Of a stretch of 64,000 bases of DNA, positions 44,561-54,787 are shown in pieces. The DNA is from Candidatus Adlerbacteria bacterium (lineage in GTDB: Bacteria; Patescibacteriota; Minisyncoccia; Phycocordibacterales; SBAW01). Position numbers and translations under genes: made by a program. A model generated the notes under the pieces. The model ran no database searches and was not told the origin of the DNA. It saw only the letters and a list, made by a program, of their open reading frames with translations. The DNA lies in contig PLCJ01000001.1 in NCBI GenBank assembly GCA_003135635.1, positions 99,418-163,417 on the forward strand, read 5' to 3'. Each line of letters starts with the position of its first letter. Within the stretch, counting starts at the first letter, position 1.

Positions 44561-46243
44561 ATGATTCAGGAAAAGATTAAAGAAACAATCACACTCCTAT
44601 TGAGGGAAAAAGGTCTAGAAAACGTACCATTCACGGTTGAACGCCCGGCGAGCCTTGAGCATGGCGATTACGCGACAAATGTTGCACTTGCGGTGGCAAA
44701 AAGACTCAAAAAAAATTCTCACGAGATTGCTGAAATGCTGGCCACGCAACTTCACATAACGAAAGAATTTCAAAAAGTTGTGGTTGTGGCCCCGGGATTT
44801 ATAAACTTCTTCCTCTCCCGAGAGACGCTCCTGCAGAATATGATGCGGGCTGCAACAGATGAGTCATGGGGCAGAAACGATATATACCGAGAGAAAACTA
44901 TAGTGGTTGAATACACCGACCCCAATCCATTTAAAGAATTCCACATAGGCCATCTCATGAGCAACGCCATGGGAGAAAGTATCTCGCGGCTTTTGGAGTT
45001 ATCCAGTGCTCGGGTGGTGCGTGCAAACTACCAAGGAGACGTGGGACTGCATGTTGCAAAGTCGCTGTGGGCAATGCTCCACCATCCCATGAGAGAGGAT
45101 GATACAAAATCTCTTTCAGGAAGGGCTTCCTACTATGGCCGCATGTATGTTCTTGGAGAGCAAAAATATGCTGAGGATACAATCGCGCACAAAGAAATAG
45201 ATGTACTGAATGAAAAAATATATGAGAAATCTGACAAGGCGATACACACCTTGTATGCAGAAGGAAGGAAATGGAGCCTCGAGCATTTTGAAGAGCTCTA
45301 TCGAATTCTTGGCACGACATTTGATGTATATTTTTTCGAAAGTGAATCGGGCCCAAAAGGGATTGAAATTGTACGTGCCCACCCAGAGATGTTTGAAAAA
45401 AGTGATGGCGCGACTATTTTCCGGGCGGAGAAATATGGGCTCCATACGCGTGTTTTTATTAATTCCCTCGGGTTGCCTACCTATGAAGCGAAGGATCTTG
45501 GACTAGTGGAATTAAAGAGATCCGCTTATCCATTTGATACGTCTCTCACTATTACTGCAAATGAGCAAAACGAATACTTCAAAGTTGTGTTACAGGCAGC
45601 CGAGCTTATATTTCCTGAACTGAAGGGTAAACTGCTACATCGCTCCCACGGTATGCTGCGTTTTAGAGATGAAAAAATGTCCTCTCGCACGGGCAATGTC
45701 ATTACCGGCGAATCATTGCTCCGAACCCTACAAGAAAAGGCAAAAGAAAAAATGCAGGAGCGAAAGCTTATCAATGTCGAGGAAATTGCTCAACAAGTCG
45801 CGGTGGGTGCCATAAAGTATGCAGTGCTTAAGCAGCGAAGTGGACTTGATATCGTGTTTGATCCCCAAGCATCTCTCTCTTTTATCGGTGATTCTGGACC
45901 CTATCTCCAATATGCACACACTCGTACACTCTCGCTTATAGATCAGGCAAAAAAAGTAGGCATTACGGCACAAACGCAGCCAGCACCCACAACCCCATCT
46001 ACGCTGGAGCACCTTCTCATTCACTTTCCTGAAATAATTATTCGCTCAGCGCTTGAATATGAGCCTCACTATCTTACTACCTATCTCACTGAACTGGCTT
46101 CGGTATTTAGTTCCTGGTACGCCAGTGAGCGGGTTATCGGCGGATCCTACCCGTCCTATGGATTACTGCTGACGCAAGCAGTAGAGAGGACTCTGCGCTA
46201 CGGGCTTTTTGCACTCGGCATCCCTCAACCCAAAGAGATGTAG
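44561..46243 (+). CDS. argS: Arginine--tRNA ligase
   Basis: 'HGDYATN', 'PNPFKEFHIGH', 'KMSSRTG', 'GPYLQYAH'. Confidence 0.98.
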   Translation: MIQEKIKETITLLLREKGLENVPFTVERPASLEHGDYATNVALAVAKRLKKNSHEIAEMLATQLHITKEFQKVVVVAPGFINFFLSRETLLQNMMRAATDESWGRNDIYREKTIVVEYTDPNPFKEFHIGHLMSNAMGESISRLLELSSARVVRANYQGDVGLHVAKSLWAMLHHPMREDDTKSLSGRASYYGRMYVLGEQKYAEDTIAHKEIDVLNEKIYEKSDKAIHTLYAEGRKWSLEHFEELYRILGTTFDVYFFESESGPKGIEIVRAHPEMFEKSDGATIFRAEKYGLHTRVFINSLGLPTYEAKDLGLVELKRSAYPFDTSLTITANEQNEYFKVVLQAAELIFPELKGKLLHRSHGMLRFRDEKMSSRTGNVITGESLLRTLQEKAKEKMQERKLINVEEIAQQVAVGAIKYAVLKQRSGLDIVFDPQASLSFIGDSGPYLQYAHTRTLSLIDQAKKVGITAQTQPAPTTPSTLEHLLIHFPEIIIRSALEYEPHYLTTYLTELASVFSSWYASERVIGGSYPSYGLLLTQAVERTLRYGLFALGIPQPKEM

Positions 46244-46277
46244 GGAAAAGTGTTGCTAATAGTGGTATATTTCGATT

Positions 46278-49200
46278 ATGGCGGATCAGGAAAAATCTCC
46301 GCTCGCTGAGCGGGAAGAGAAAATACTTAGATTTTGGAAAGAAAAAAAGATTTTTGAAAAAACACTCACTCAACCCGCTCCACGGGGTGAGTTTATTTTC
46401 TATGATGGGCCACCATTTGCCACAGGACTTCCCCATACCGGATCTCTTCTTTCTTCTATCATCAAAGACGTGATTCCTCGCTATAAGAGCATGCGGGGAT
46501 ACCGGGTACCCCGTCGCTGGGGCTGGGATTGCCACGGACTGCCGATTGAGGTGATGATCGAGAAAAAGCTTAATCTTAAAACAAAAAAAGATATCGAACG
46601 CATTGGCATTGATGTTTTCAATGAAGCGGCGCGTGCATCAGTTTTGGAATTTGCAGACGAATGGGAGCAGTATGTTGACCGCGTTGGCAGGTGGGTTGAT
46701 TTCAAAAACTCCTACAAAACGATGGACACTTCGTACATTGAAAGTGTGTGGTGGGCTCTCAAGCGGCTCAATGAAAAAGGATATCTATACGAAGGCAGGA
46801 AAGTATTGTTGTACTGTCCTCATTGCGAGACGCCACTTGCCAAGGCAGAGATCGCCATGGATAACACCTATAAAGATATTTCCGAGGAAGCGGTGACCGT
46901 GAAATTCAAAATAAAAAATCCTCGCGCTCATGATTTGCCGGAAAATACGTATCTTCTTGCATGGACCACTACTCCCTGGACGCTGGTCGGAAATGTCGCA
47001 CTTGCTGTCGGAAAAAATATCGCGTACGGACTCGTGGCAAAAGGTGATGAGCATTTCATACTTGCTCAAGATCGATTGCACACATACTTTAGCGATGCCA
47101 CTGCAACGATGCTCTCTGCAGAAAAACTCATCGGCATTTCATATGAACCACTCTACGTTCTTTCTGCGGTTGAAGCCCATGCCGGAAAGAAGCACGTGGT
47201 ACTGAGTGCAGACTTTGTGAATACTGAGGAAGGCACCGGCATCGTGCACACGGCAGTTATGTACGGTGAGGACGATTTTTTGCTTGGGCAGCAAGAAAAA
47301 TTACCCCTCGTACAACTCCTCAATTCAAACGGCTCTTATAACGAAAATGCACCCGTATTTTTGCAGGGACGCTATATAAAAGCAGCGGAAAAAGATATAA
47401 AGGATGATTTAGAAAAACGGGGACTTCTGTTTGAGCGCGCTCAACACACGCATTCATATCCTCATTGTTGGCGTTGTGACACCCCACTTATCTATAACGC
47501 CGTTGTGTCATGGTTTATTAATATACAAAAAGTGAAACAGCGAATGCTTTCCCAGAATGAGAAAATAACTTGGGTTCCCGGGCATCTCAAACACGGCCGA
47601 TTTAAAAAAATTGTTGAAAGTGCACCGGACTGGACCATTTCTCGCAACCGATTCTGGGCCTCGCCACTTCCTATCTGGAAGGAGAGAGGAGGCAGCAAGT
47701 TCATGGTCATAGGATCGCTTGAGGAACTACTAGCTAAAACAAAGAAATCAGGAAACCACTATTTTCTTATACGCCACGGTGAGGCTAAGAGTAATGTGGA
47801 AGATTTTTTAAACTCTGACAATAGTATTGAAAATCACCTTACACAAAAAGGGAGAGAAGCAGTGCACGAAAGCATAACTCGTTTGCAGCAGAAAGTCTCC
47901 ATTGATCTGGTCATCACTTCCCCGCTGACGCGTGCACAGGAAACTGCCGTAATTGCAAAAGAAATGTTTGGACTTGCGGACTCTGCGGTGATAACAGATG
48001 AGAGACTTCAAGAGCGCGTATTTTCTATTTATAATGGCAACCCACGAGCACAGTGGCAGGCGCGCGATCCGTATACTGAGGAAGGAGTGGAGGACCTCAT
48101 GCAGATGCGAAGAAGGATGGGCGGATTTCTTTTTGATATAGAAGACCAATATACCAATAGCAATATTCTTATCGTGACACACGGTGATCCTGCCTGGGTT
48201 ATGAACCAAGTGGCAGGGAGAACTCCGTATAGTAGAGATTCCACTTTCGAAAGAAAAGAAGGGTATTTAGATACTGCACAGTGGTGTGTACTTTATTTCA
48301 CTCCCTATCCGCATACGAAAGACTTTGTACTTGATCTTCATCGCCCTTATGTTGATAGAGTGACGCTTGTAGATAGTGCGGGAGGGGAATATATACGTAT
48401 TCCTGAAGTCGTTGACGTGTGGGTTGAGTCTGGGGCAATGCCGTTTGCCTCAGCGCAGTATCCACGCAACAAATCCGCGGTGAATCCCAGACGCTTTTTT
48501 GGACTTATGCCCAGGGGGTATCCGGCTGATTTCATTGCCGAATATATTGCGCAGACGCGCACATGGTTTTACTACATGCACGCAATGGGCATACTCCTTT
48601 TTAATCACCCGTCATTTCGCACCGTAGTTTCAACGGGTACGGTACTTGCCGCAGATGGGACAAAAATATCCAAATCCAAAGGCAACTATACTGATCCCTT
48701 GCGTCTTATGGAGCACTTTGGGGCGGATGCGCTACGTTTTCATCTCATGGGAAGTGTCGTGATGCAGGGAGAAGATCTCCAGTTTCGCGATGAAGATGTA
48801 CGTGAAGCGCATAACCGTGTGCTTGGGATACTCTGGAACAGCTACAATTTCTTTGAACTGTATAAAGATAAATACAAAGGAGAAGCACAGGCTAGACCCA
48901 GCACACATATTCTTGATCGGTGGATTGAGGCTCGTCTGCAACAACTTGTGGGGGAGATGACTGCAGCACTAGATTCCTATGATACGCCCCGTGCATGTCG
49001 TTTGCTGCGGGAATATATTGAGGATTATTCGACGTGGTATCTCAGGCGTTCTCGTGGCCGAGTGAAAAGTAGTGATGCTATAGATGTGCAATGTGCACTT
49101 CACACGCAGCGCAAGGTGCTGCTCATATTTTCAAAACTTATTGCACCACTAATGCCGTTTATGGCTGAAAGCATTTATCAAGAAATAGGAGGCCAGGAAG

Positions 49201-49730
49201 AAAGTGTACACCTTACCTCGTGGCCCTCAGTTGAGGGAGTCGTGTCTGATCTTCATTTGATACAAGAGATGAAAGAAGTACGCCGTGTTGTTTCTTTGGC
49301 ACTGCAAGCGCGTGAGCGGGCTGGCATTAAAATCCGTCAGCCGCTTGCAACGCTCAAAGTAAAACAACTTTCTGGCGATATAGGGCTCCGTGGTCTCATT
49401 GCCGATGAGCTCAATGTTAAGGAAGTTATTGAAGATCCATCACTCAAAGAGGAGCTTGCACTTGATGTGGTCCTCACCCCTGCACTTCGTGAAGAAGGAT
49501 TACTTCGCGATTGCGTGCGCCAGGTGCAAGATTTGCGTAAGAAAGAAGGATTCACTATATATGATCGACCCACCCTTTTGGTGACCACCAATGAAGAAGG
49601 TAAAGAATTTTTTAAGCGCATACGCTCCACACTTATCGCAGAGACGGGAGTAACAGACCTTGTTATTACTACCAGTGGTGAACTTGAGGAGAATCTACCA
49701 TTTCCCCACAGCTTCAGCCTTATGCATTAA
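46278..49730 (+). CDS. ileS: Isoleucine--tRNA ligase (type 2) with inserted histidine-phosphatase domain
   Basis: 'YDGPPFATGLPHTG', 'GWDCHGLP', 'WTTTPWTL', KISKS; insert 'FLIRHGEA...SPLTRAQET...VTHG'. Confidence 0.96.
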   Translation: MADQEKSPLAEREEKILRFWKEKKIFEKTLTQPAPRGEFIFYDGPPFATGLPHTGSLLSSIIKDVIPRYKSMRGYRVPRRWGWDCHGLPIEVMIEKKLNLKTKKDIERIGIDVFNEAARASVLEFADEWEQYVDRVGRWVDFKNSYKTMDTSYIESVWWALKRLNEKGYLYEGRKVLLYCPHCETPLAKAEIAMDNTYKDISEEAVTVKFKIKNPRAHDLPENTYLLAWTTTPWTLVGNVALAVGKNIAYGLVAKGDEHFILAQDRLHTYFSDATATMLSAEKLIGISYEPLYVLSAVEAHAGKKHVVLSADFVNTEEGTGIVHTAVMYGEDDFLLGQQEKLPLVQLLNSNGSYNENAPVFLQGRYIKAAEKDIKDDLEKRGLLFERAQHTHSYPHCWRCDTPLIYNAVVSWFINIQKVKQRMLSQNEKITWVPGHLKHGRFKKIVESAPDWTISRNRFWASPLPIWKERGGSKFMVIGSLEELLAKTKKSGNHYFLIRHGEAKSNVEDFLNSDNSIENHLTQKGREAVHESITRLQQKVSIDLVITSPLTRAQETAVIAKEMFGLADSAVITDERLQERVFSIYNGNPRAQWQARDPYTEEGVEDLMQMRRRMGGFLFDIEDQYTNSNILIVTHGDPAWVMNQVAGRTPYSRDSTFERKEGYLDTAQWCVLYFTPYPHTKDFVLDLHRPYVDRVTLVDSAGGEYIRIPEVVDVWVESGAMPFASAQYPRNKSAVNPRRFFGLMPRGYPADFIAEYIAQTRTWFYYMHAMGILLFNHPSFRTVVSTGTVLAADGTKISKSKGNYTDPLRLMEHFGADALRFHLMGSVVMQGEDLQFRDEDVREAHNRVLGILWNSYNFFELYKDKYKGEAQARPSTHILDRWIEARLQQLVGEMTAALDSYDTPRACRLLREYIEDYSTWYLRRSRGRVKSSDAIDVQCALHTQRKVLLIFSKLIAPLMPFMAESIYQEIGGQEESVHLTSWPSVEGVVSDLHLIQEMKEVRRVVSLALQARERAGIKIRQPLATLKVKQLSGDIGLRGLIADELNVKEVIEDPSLKEELALDVVLTPALREEGLLRDCVRQVQDLRKKEGFTIYDRPTLLVTTNEEGKEFFKRIRSTLIAETGVTDLVITTSGELEENLPFPHSFSLMH

Positions 49731-49732
49731 AT

Positions 49733-50311
49733 ATGTATAAGATTAGTGTTACCGACGGTATTGTGCTCAAAAAAAGCTTCCGGGGAGAAGCCAATGTGGC
49801 AGTAAGTATTCTCACCCGCGAACTGGGGCTCCTGAGGGCAGTGGTGCGAAGTGCGCGCAGGGAAAAATCAAAACTACGCTACGGAATCGAACCGCTAACC
49901 CAAGGACGCTTCTCCTTTGTGCGCGGGCAGCGGGAGTGGCGCCTGGTTGGAATGGAAGGGGTATCGCGACTCTTTCCCACGCTCTCTTTCCCACACACTA
50001 GTGCTGCTGGTCGGATAGTAAAATTGTTACTGCGGCTCATACAGGGGCAAGAACCCACCCCTCTCCTGTACAAGACGCTCCAGGAAGGCCTCATCTCGAT
50101 TTCCTGTGTACAGGAGAAGGATCTGCAAAATACAGAGTGTGTGCTTGTGCTGCGCATCCTCGCGCACCTGGGATACGTCGCGCACGTCCCAGAACTTGCC
50201 CCTTTTATGGAAAATGATTTCTTCTCCGAGGAGCTTGCCGCTGCGGCCGTTCATTCTCGTTCGCTCCTTATTCGTACTATTAATCAGTCGCTCAAAGCCA
50301 GTGAGCTCTAA
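49733..50311 (+). CDS. recO: DNA repair protein RecO
   Basis: 'GIVLKKSFRGEAN...ILTRELG...V..AR.EKSKL'. Confidence 0.85.
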   Translation: MYKISVTDGIVLKKSFRGEANVAVSILTRELGLLRAVVRSARREKSKLRYGIEPLTQGRFSFVRGQREWRLVGMEGVSRLFPTLSFPHTSAAGRIVKLLLRLIQGQEPTPLLYKTLQEGLISISCVQEKDLQNTECVLVLRILAHLGYVAHVPELAPFMENDFFSEELAAAAVHSRSLLIRTINQSLKASEL

Positions 50312-50329
50312 ATACGATATACTTTCTCA

Positions 50330-52282
50330 ATGGCCGTAGAAGAAAAAGATGCAGTTGAGAAACTTAAAAAAGAGCTTTACTCTCGCAAGGAGAGACCCAC
50401 GATTGGAAAAGACATACGCACTCCTCTTTCCTCCTCAAATGTAGATACGCCACGTGCCTGGGAACAAGAAGAGACCTCACCAGAGAAAATAAAGCCAGCA
50501 CGTCCTCCGCTGGCTGAGTTTATGAATACACCCAAGCGAGGTATGCCCTTTGCGGCAAAGTTCCTCCTTATTTCAACTCTTTTTTTTATTGCGGCTGCGG
50601 GAGTAGCGGCATACTTTTTTTTCGGTGGAGCGAATTTCATTTCACCACAAAATATTGATCTTCAAGTAATAGCGCCTTCTCTCATAGATGGCGGAAAAGA
50701 AGCAACGCTCCAAGTTATCATCGATAATCGAAATAAAGCTGCGCTCACGATGGTGAACATGCTCGTTAATTATCCTGATGGTACTCGGAGTGTCGCCACT
50801 TCTTCAGGACCGCTTCAGCATGATAGTCAAACCATCGGCACTATCGCCTCGGGAGGGCAGGTGAAGCGTACCATTAATGCGATTTTCTACGGACAGGAAG
50901 GTACTCAAGAGACCGTCAACGTTACCCTTCAATACAGTATCCCCGGGTCAAGTGCAATATTTACTAAAGAAGGGCAAGCAAATTTTCTTATCGGTTCATC
51001 ACCAGTTTCAGTCTCCGTGAACGCTCCAAACCAAACTATTTCCGGCCAACCATTTGCTATGGATGTAACCGTGCAAGCAAATGGAATAGTGCCAGTACAA
51101 GATGTACTCCTTCAGGCGCAGTACCCATTCGGGTTTTCTCTCTCCTCATCAACACCGGCCGCACAGGCAGGAGGTACCCTGTGGCGACTGGGAACATTGC
51201 AGCCGGGGAGTGCCCAGATCATTCATATTGAAGGATCTCTTCAGGGCCAAAATGGGGATGAAGGTGTATTTCACTTCTTATCTGGCTCTGACTCAAACCC
51301 TACTGATACACAAATTGCCGTACCGTTTTTATCCATTCCCACTACCATTACGATAACGCAGCCTTTTATCACTGCCTCTTTTGCGCTCAATGGACAATCG
51401 GGCCAGACCATTTCCATCGCCCCCGGGTCAGCAGTGCAAGGAGTTATAACATGGCAAAATAATCTCCCCACCGCGATATCAAATGCATCTTTTCAGCTAT
51501 CAATAAATGGCACGCCCCTTGATCCCACTTCGGTAGAAGCTCCCAACGGGTTTTATCAGTCCTCAGACTCAAGCATTATTTGGGACTCACAAAACGATCC
51601 CGCACTTGCATCTATTCCTGCGGGCGCCAGTGGCACACTCCAGTTTTCCTTCGCAACCATACGGCCCAGTGCTACTGCTCCCTATCTCAATCCAACGATG
51701 ATGCTTAGTTTGACGCTGAGCGGTTCACGCAATGATGAGGCCGGTGGTCCTCAAGTTGTCTCTTCCGTTGCGATGGCTCAAGTGAATATTGCTTCATTGG
51801 TAGCCCTCGGCGTACAAGCACTTCATTTTACCGGCCCATTTTCAGATGGGGGTCCTATGCCGCCAGTTCCTGGACAGAACACCACTTACACTATTGAATG
51901 GACCATAACAAATTCTTCTAATTCTCTCGCAAACACTCAAGTATCAACCACACTCCCGCCATATGTACAATTTGTTGCTGCGCAGCCAGGCAGCGGCATC
52001 ACGTATACTGCCCCTAGTCGAACAGTCACCTGGAATCTCGGCGATGTGGCGGCAGCGGCGGGGTATGGAAATACGCCACCACAGGCAGCTTTCCAAGTAG
52101 CACTGCTTCCCAGTGTTTCGCAAGTGGGCCAATCGCCGGCGCTCACTGGAGAGACGACTTTGTCAGGGAGTGATCGTTTTGCACAAGTGGGAGTGCAAGC
52201 CTCAGCCAATTCTCCCACGATCCAACTTACGGGCGACACCGGATATAGTGCTGCTATGGGTGCTGTTGCTGCGGGGCAGTGA
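50330..52282 (+). CDS. Single-TM protein with multiple Ig-like (DUF11-like) extracellular domains
   Basis: TM near residue 75-100; repeated 'WRLGTLQPG', 'VTWNLGDV', 'LPPYV.F'. Confidence 0.7.
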   Translation: MAVEEKDAVEKLKKELYSRKERPTIGKDIRTPLSSSNVDTPRAWEQEETSPEKIKPARPPLAEFMNTPKRGMPFAAKFLLISTLFFIAAAGVAAYFFFGGANFISPQNIDLQVIAPSLIDGGKEATLQVIIDNRNKAALTMVNMLVNYPDGTRSVATSSGPLQHDSQTIGTIASGGQVKRTINAIFYGQEGTQETVNVTLQYSIPGSSAIFTKEGQANFLIGSSPVSVSVNAPNQTISGQPFAMDVTVQANGIVPVQDVLLQAQYPFGFSLSSSTPAAQAGGTLWRLGTLQPGSAQIIHIEGSLQGQNGDEGVFHFLSGSDSNPTDTQIAVPFLSIPTTITITQPFITASFALNGQSGQTISIAPGSAVQGVITWQNNLPTAISNASFQLSINGTPLDPTSVEAPNGFYQSSDSSIIWDSQNDPALASIPAGASGTLQFSFATIRPSATAPYLNPTMMLSLTLSGSRNDEAGGPQVVSSVAMAQVNIASLVALGVQALHFTGPFSDGGPMPPVPGQNTTYTIEWTITNSSNSLANTQVSTTLPPYVQFVAAQPGSGITYTAPSRTVTWNLGDVAAAAGYGNTPPQAAFQVALLPSVSQVGQSPALTGETTLSGSDRFAQVGVQASANSPTIQLTGDTGYSAAMGAVAAGQ

Positions 52283-52319
52283 TTTTTCCAAAAGTAAAAT
52301 GCAGAGTATGATTGCCGCT

Positions 52320-53690
52320 ATGGATAGTACGGTGATGGAGAAACTCGTGGCGCTGTGTAAACGGCGCGGATTTATCTACCAGGGATCAGAAATTTACGGT
52401 GGCCTCGCTGGCACATGGGATTACGGACCCTTGGGTCTTGCGCTCAAGAAAAATATTGAAAACTTGTGGTGGCGCCAATTCGTCGATTCGCGCGACGACA
52501 TGTATGGCATCGACTCGGCGATCTTGATGAACCCGCGCGTGTGGGAGGCGAGCGGTCACGTCGGCGGTTTTAATGACCCGCTTGTTGAGGATAAAAAAAC
52601 AAAAAAGCGCTATCGCGCGGACCACGTGCTTGAAGAGGCGGATATTGATTCTTCCGGTATGACACTTGCTCAAATGGGAGACATCATAGCGGAGAAAAAA
52701 ATAAAAAGTCCTGACGGCAACGAACTCTCCGCACCTCAACAATTTAATATGATGTTCAAGACATCGATTGGGTCAGCGGGCGGGAGTGATACGGTGGTGT
52801 ATTTAAGACCTGAAACGGCGCAAGGCATGTTTATCAATTTCAAAAATATCATTGACACCTATCATCCTAAACTTCCCTTCGGTATAGCGCAGATCGGTCG
52901 CTCCTTCCGCAACGAGATAGCGCCGCGCGATTTTATCTTCCGCGTGCGAGAACTTGAGATTATGGAATTTGAGTATTTCATTAAGGAAGAAACGTGGAAT
53001 GAGCAGTTTGAGTATTGGCGCACTCAGATGCAGGCATGGTTTCGCTTGATTGGATTTGCGCCGGAGGATATACGGGAGGTGGAGATTCCAGAGGGGCAAC
53101 GAGCACATTACTCGAAGCGGACGATGGATTTCCATTTTCGTTATCTGCACAAATTCGATGAAATAGGAGGTCTCGCATATCGCACCGACTTTGATCTCAA
53201 AAGTCATATGCAGCACACCGGGATTGATTTGCAATACCTCGACCCAAATACTAGCGAAAAATTTATACCCCATGTTCTTGAACCCACTTTCGGGTTAGGT
53301 CGGCATGTACTTGCTATACTCACTAAAGCATACAGCGAAGATGAACTTGGAGGAGAAAGCAGGGCGGTATTGAGGCTTCCACCAAATCTCGCACCCGTGA
53401 AGGCAGCTGTATTTCCTCTCCTTAAAAATAAACCTGAGTTGGTTGCGAAGGCACGAGAGATCTATGTGACGCTGAAAAAAGAAATCCCGCAAATCATGTG
53501 GGATGACAACGGTAATATCGGCAAGCGCTATCGTCGGCAAGACGAGATAGGCACTCCATGGTGCATTACTATCGACTTTGACACACTAAAAAACGCTACC
53601 GTGACACTACGAGAGCGTGATACCGGAGAGCAGAAGCGCATTTCTACTGCAGAGCTCTCAGCACTTCTAGCCGAGAGAATTCAGGTGTAA
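52320..53690 (+). CDS. glyQS: Glycine--tRNA ligase (homodimeric alpha2 type)
   Basis: 'LCKRRGF', 'LRPETAQG', 'FRNEI.PR', 'IGKRYRRQDEIGTP'. Start set to ATG 52320. Confidence 0.97.
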   Translation: MDSTVMEKLVALCKRRGFIYQGSEIYGGLAGTWDYGPLGLALKKNIENLWWRQFVDSRDDMYGIDSAILMNPRVWEASGHVGGFNDPLVEDKKTKKRYRADHVLEEADIDSSGMTLAQMGDIIAEKKIKSPDGNELSAPQQFNMMFKTSIGSAGGSDTVVYLRPETAQGMFINFKNIIDTYHPKLPFGIAQIGRSFRNEIAPRDFIFRVRELEIMEFEYFIKEETWNEQFEYWRTQMQAWFRLIGFAPEDIREVEIPEGQRAHYSKRTMDFHFRYLHKFDEIGGLAYRTDFDLKSHMQHTGIDLQYLDPNTSEKFIPHVLEPTFGLGRHVLAILTKAYSEDELGGESRAVLRLPPNLAPVKAAVFPLLKNKPELVAKAREIYVTLKKEIPQIMWDDNGNIGKRYRRQDEIGTPWCITIDFDTLKNATVTLRERDTGEQKRISTAELSALLAERIQV

Positions 53691-53691
53691 C

Positions 53692-54777
53692 ATGCAAAAG
53701 ATGACTTCCCACGATATCCATGTACGTATTAGTTCTGGGAGTATTATTACTACCCTACTTTTTGTGCTGCTCGCTGCACTTTTATGGTTTTTACGTGACC
53801 TGGTCCTCACGCTGCTTTCTGCGGTAGTGATAGCCTCAGCAATGGAACCGGCGGTGCGGTATTTTTCCAAAAAGGGTATATCACGCATTATTAGCGTTAT
53901 ATTCATTTACCTTGTCTTAGCAGTGGCTCTTTTGAGCATTTTATTCTTTTTTGCCCCACCCCTTCTTAATGACACGGCAACCTTACTGCGTGAGCTGCCA
54001 CAGACATTTGGCTCCTTTAATGTAGCTGACATAACACATGGGTTGTTGCCACTGCAAAGTGCGAGTACCGCTCTTTCCTCAGCAGATTTTCTCAGTAGCA
54101 TCTCTCAGAGTATTGCTCAGTCAACGGGTGGAGCATTTACGACCCTCTCGGTATTTTTTGGTGGCCTCACATCCTTTGCACTTATCATTCTTTTCTCTTT
54201 CTATTTTTCTGTGCAAGAGACAGGTGTTGATGATTTCTTGCGCATCGTGACACCTATAAAAGAGCAAGCATACGTACTCCATTTGTGGAAACGCTCGCAA
54301 GACAAGATTGGCAGATGGATGCAAGGACAACTGGTGCTCGCTACTCTTGTAGGGGTTCTGTTGTATCTTGGACTCCTTATTTTGAATGTGAATTATGCGC
54401 TGCTTCTGGCAGTTGTTGCAGGCATATTTGAACTTCTTCCGATTTTTGGGCAGTTCCTTGCAGCTATTCCCGCAATTATTGTGGGGTTTGCTACTGGCGG
54501 TGTTACTACCGGTTTGTTAGTGACGGGGCTCTATCTTATTGTGCAGCAGTTTGAAGCGAATCTTATTTATCCCGTGGTAGTCAAGAAAGTTGTCGGAGTG
54601 CCGCCCCTGTTGGTTATTCTTGCCATGCTTGTTGGTTTTAAACTCTTCGGATTTTTGGGAGCCTTACTAGCTGTTCCCATCGCCGCCGCCATACAAGAAT
54701 TTGTGAGCGACATTGATCGGGAAAAAAAGCTTGCGCTTGCGCGTGCGGGTCTTGCGTCAGATGGTGAAGCGAAGTAG
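53692..54777 (+). CDS. AI-2E family transporter (PerM-like)
   Basis: 'WMQGQL', 'ELLPIFG', 'QQFEANLIYP'. Confidence 0.92.
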   Translation: MQKMTSHDIHVRISSGSIITTLLFVLLAALLWFLRDLVLTLLSAVVIASAMEPAVRYFSKKGISRIISVIFIYLVLAVALLSILFFFAPPLLNDTATLLRELPQTFGSFNVADITHGLLPLQSASTALSSADFLSSISQSIAQSTGGAFTTLSVFFGGLTSFALIILFSFYFSVQETGVDDFLRIVTPIKEQAYVLHLWKRSQDKIGRWMQGQLVLATLVGVLLYLGLLILNVNYALLLAVVAGIFELLPIFGQFLAAIPAIIVGFATGGVTTGLLVTGLYLIVQQFEANLIYPVVVKKVVGVPPLLVILAMLVGFKLFGFLGALLAVPIAAAIQEFVSDIDREKKLALARAGLASDGEAK

Positions 54778-54787
54778 CCTCAAGGGA

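Noticed and set aside
52113-52319. N-terminal extensions in the ORF track (glyQS, metG, ruvC, PBP, ruvA, rluA, pilin, nusG, SemiSWEET)
   Set aside because: They overlap neighbouring genes or tRNAs; family homology and -10 spacing indicate later starts.
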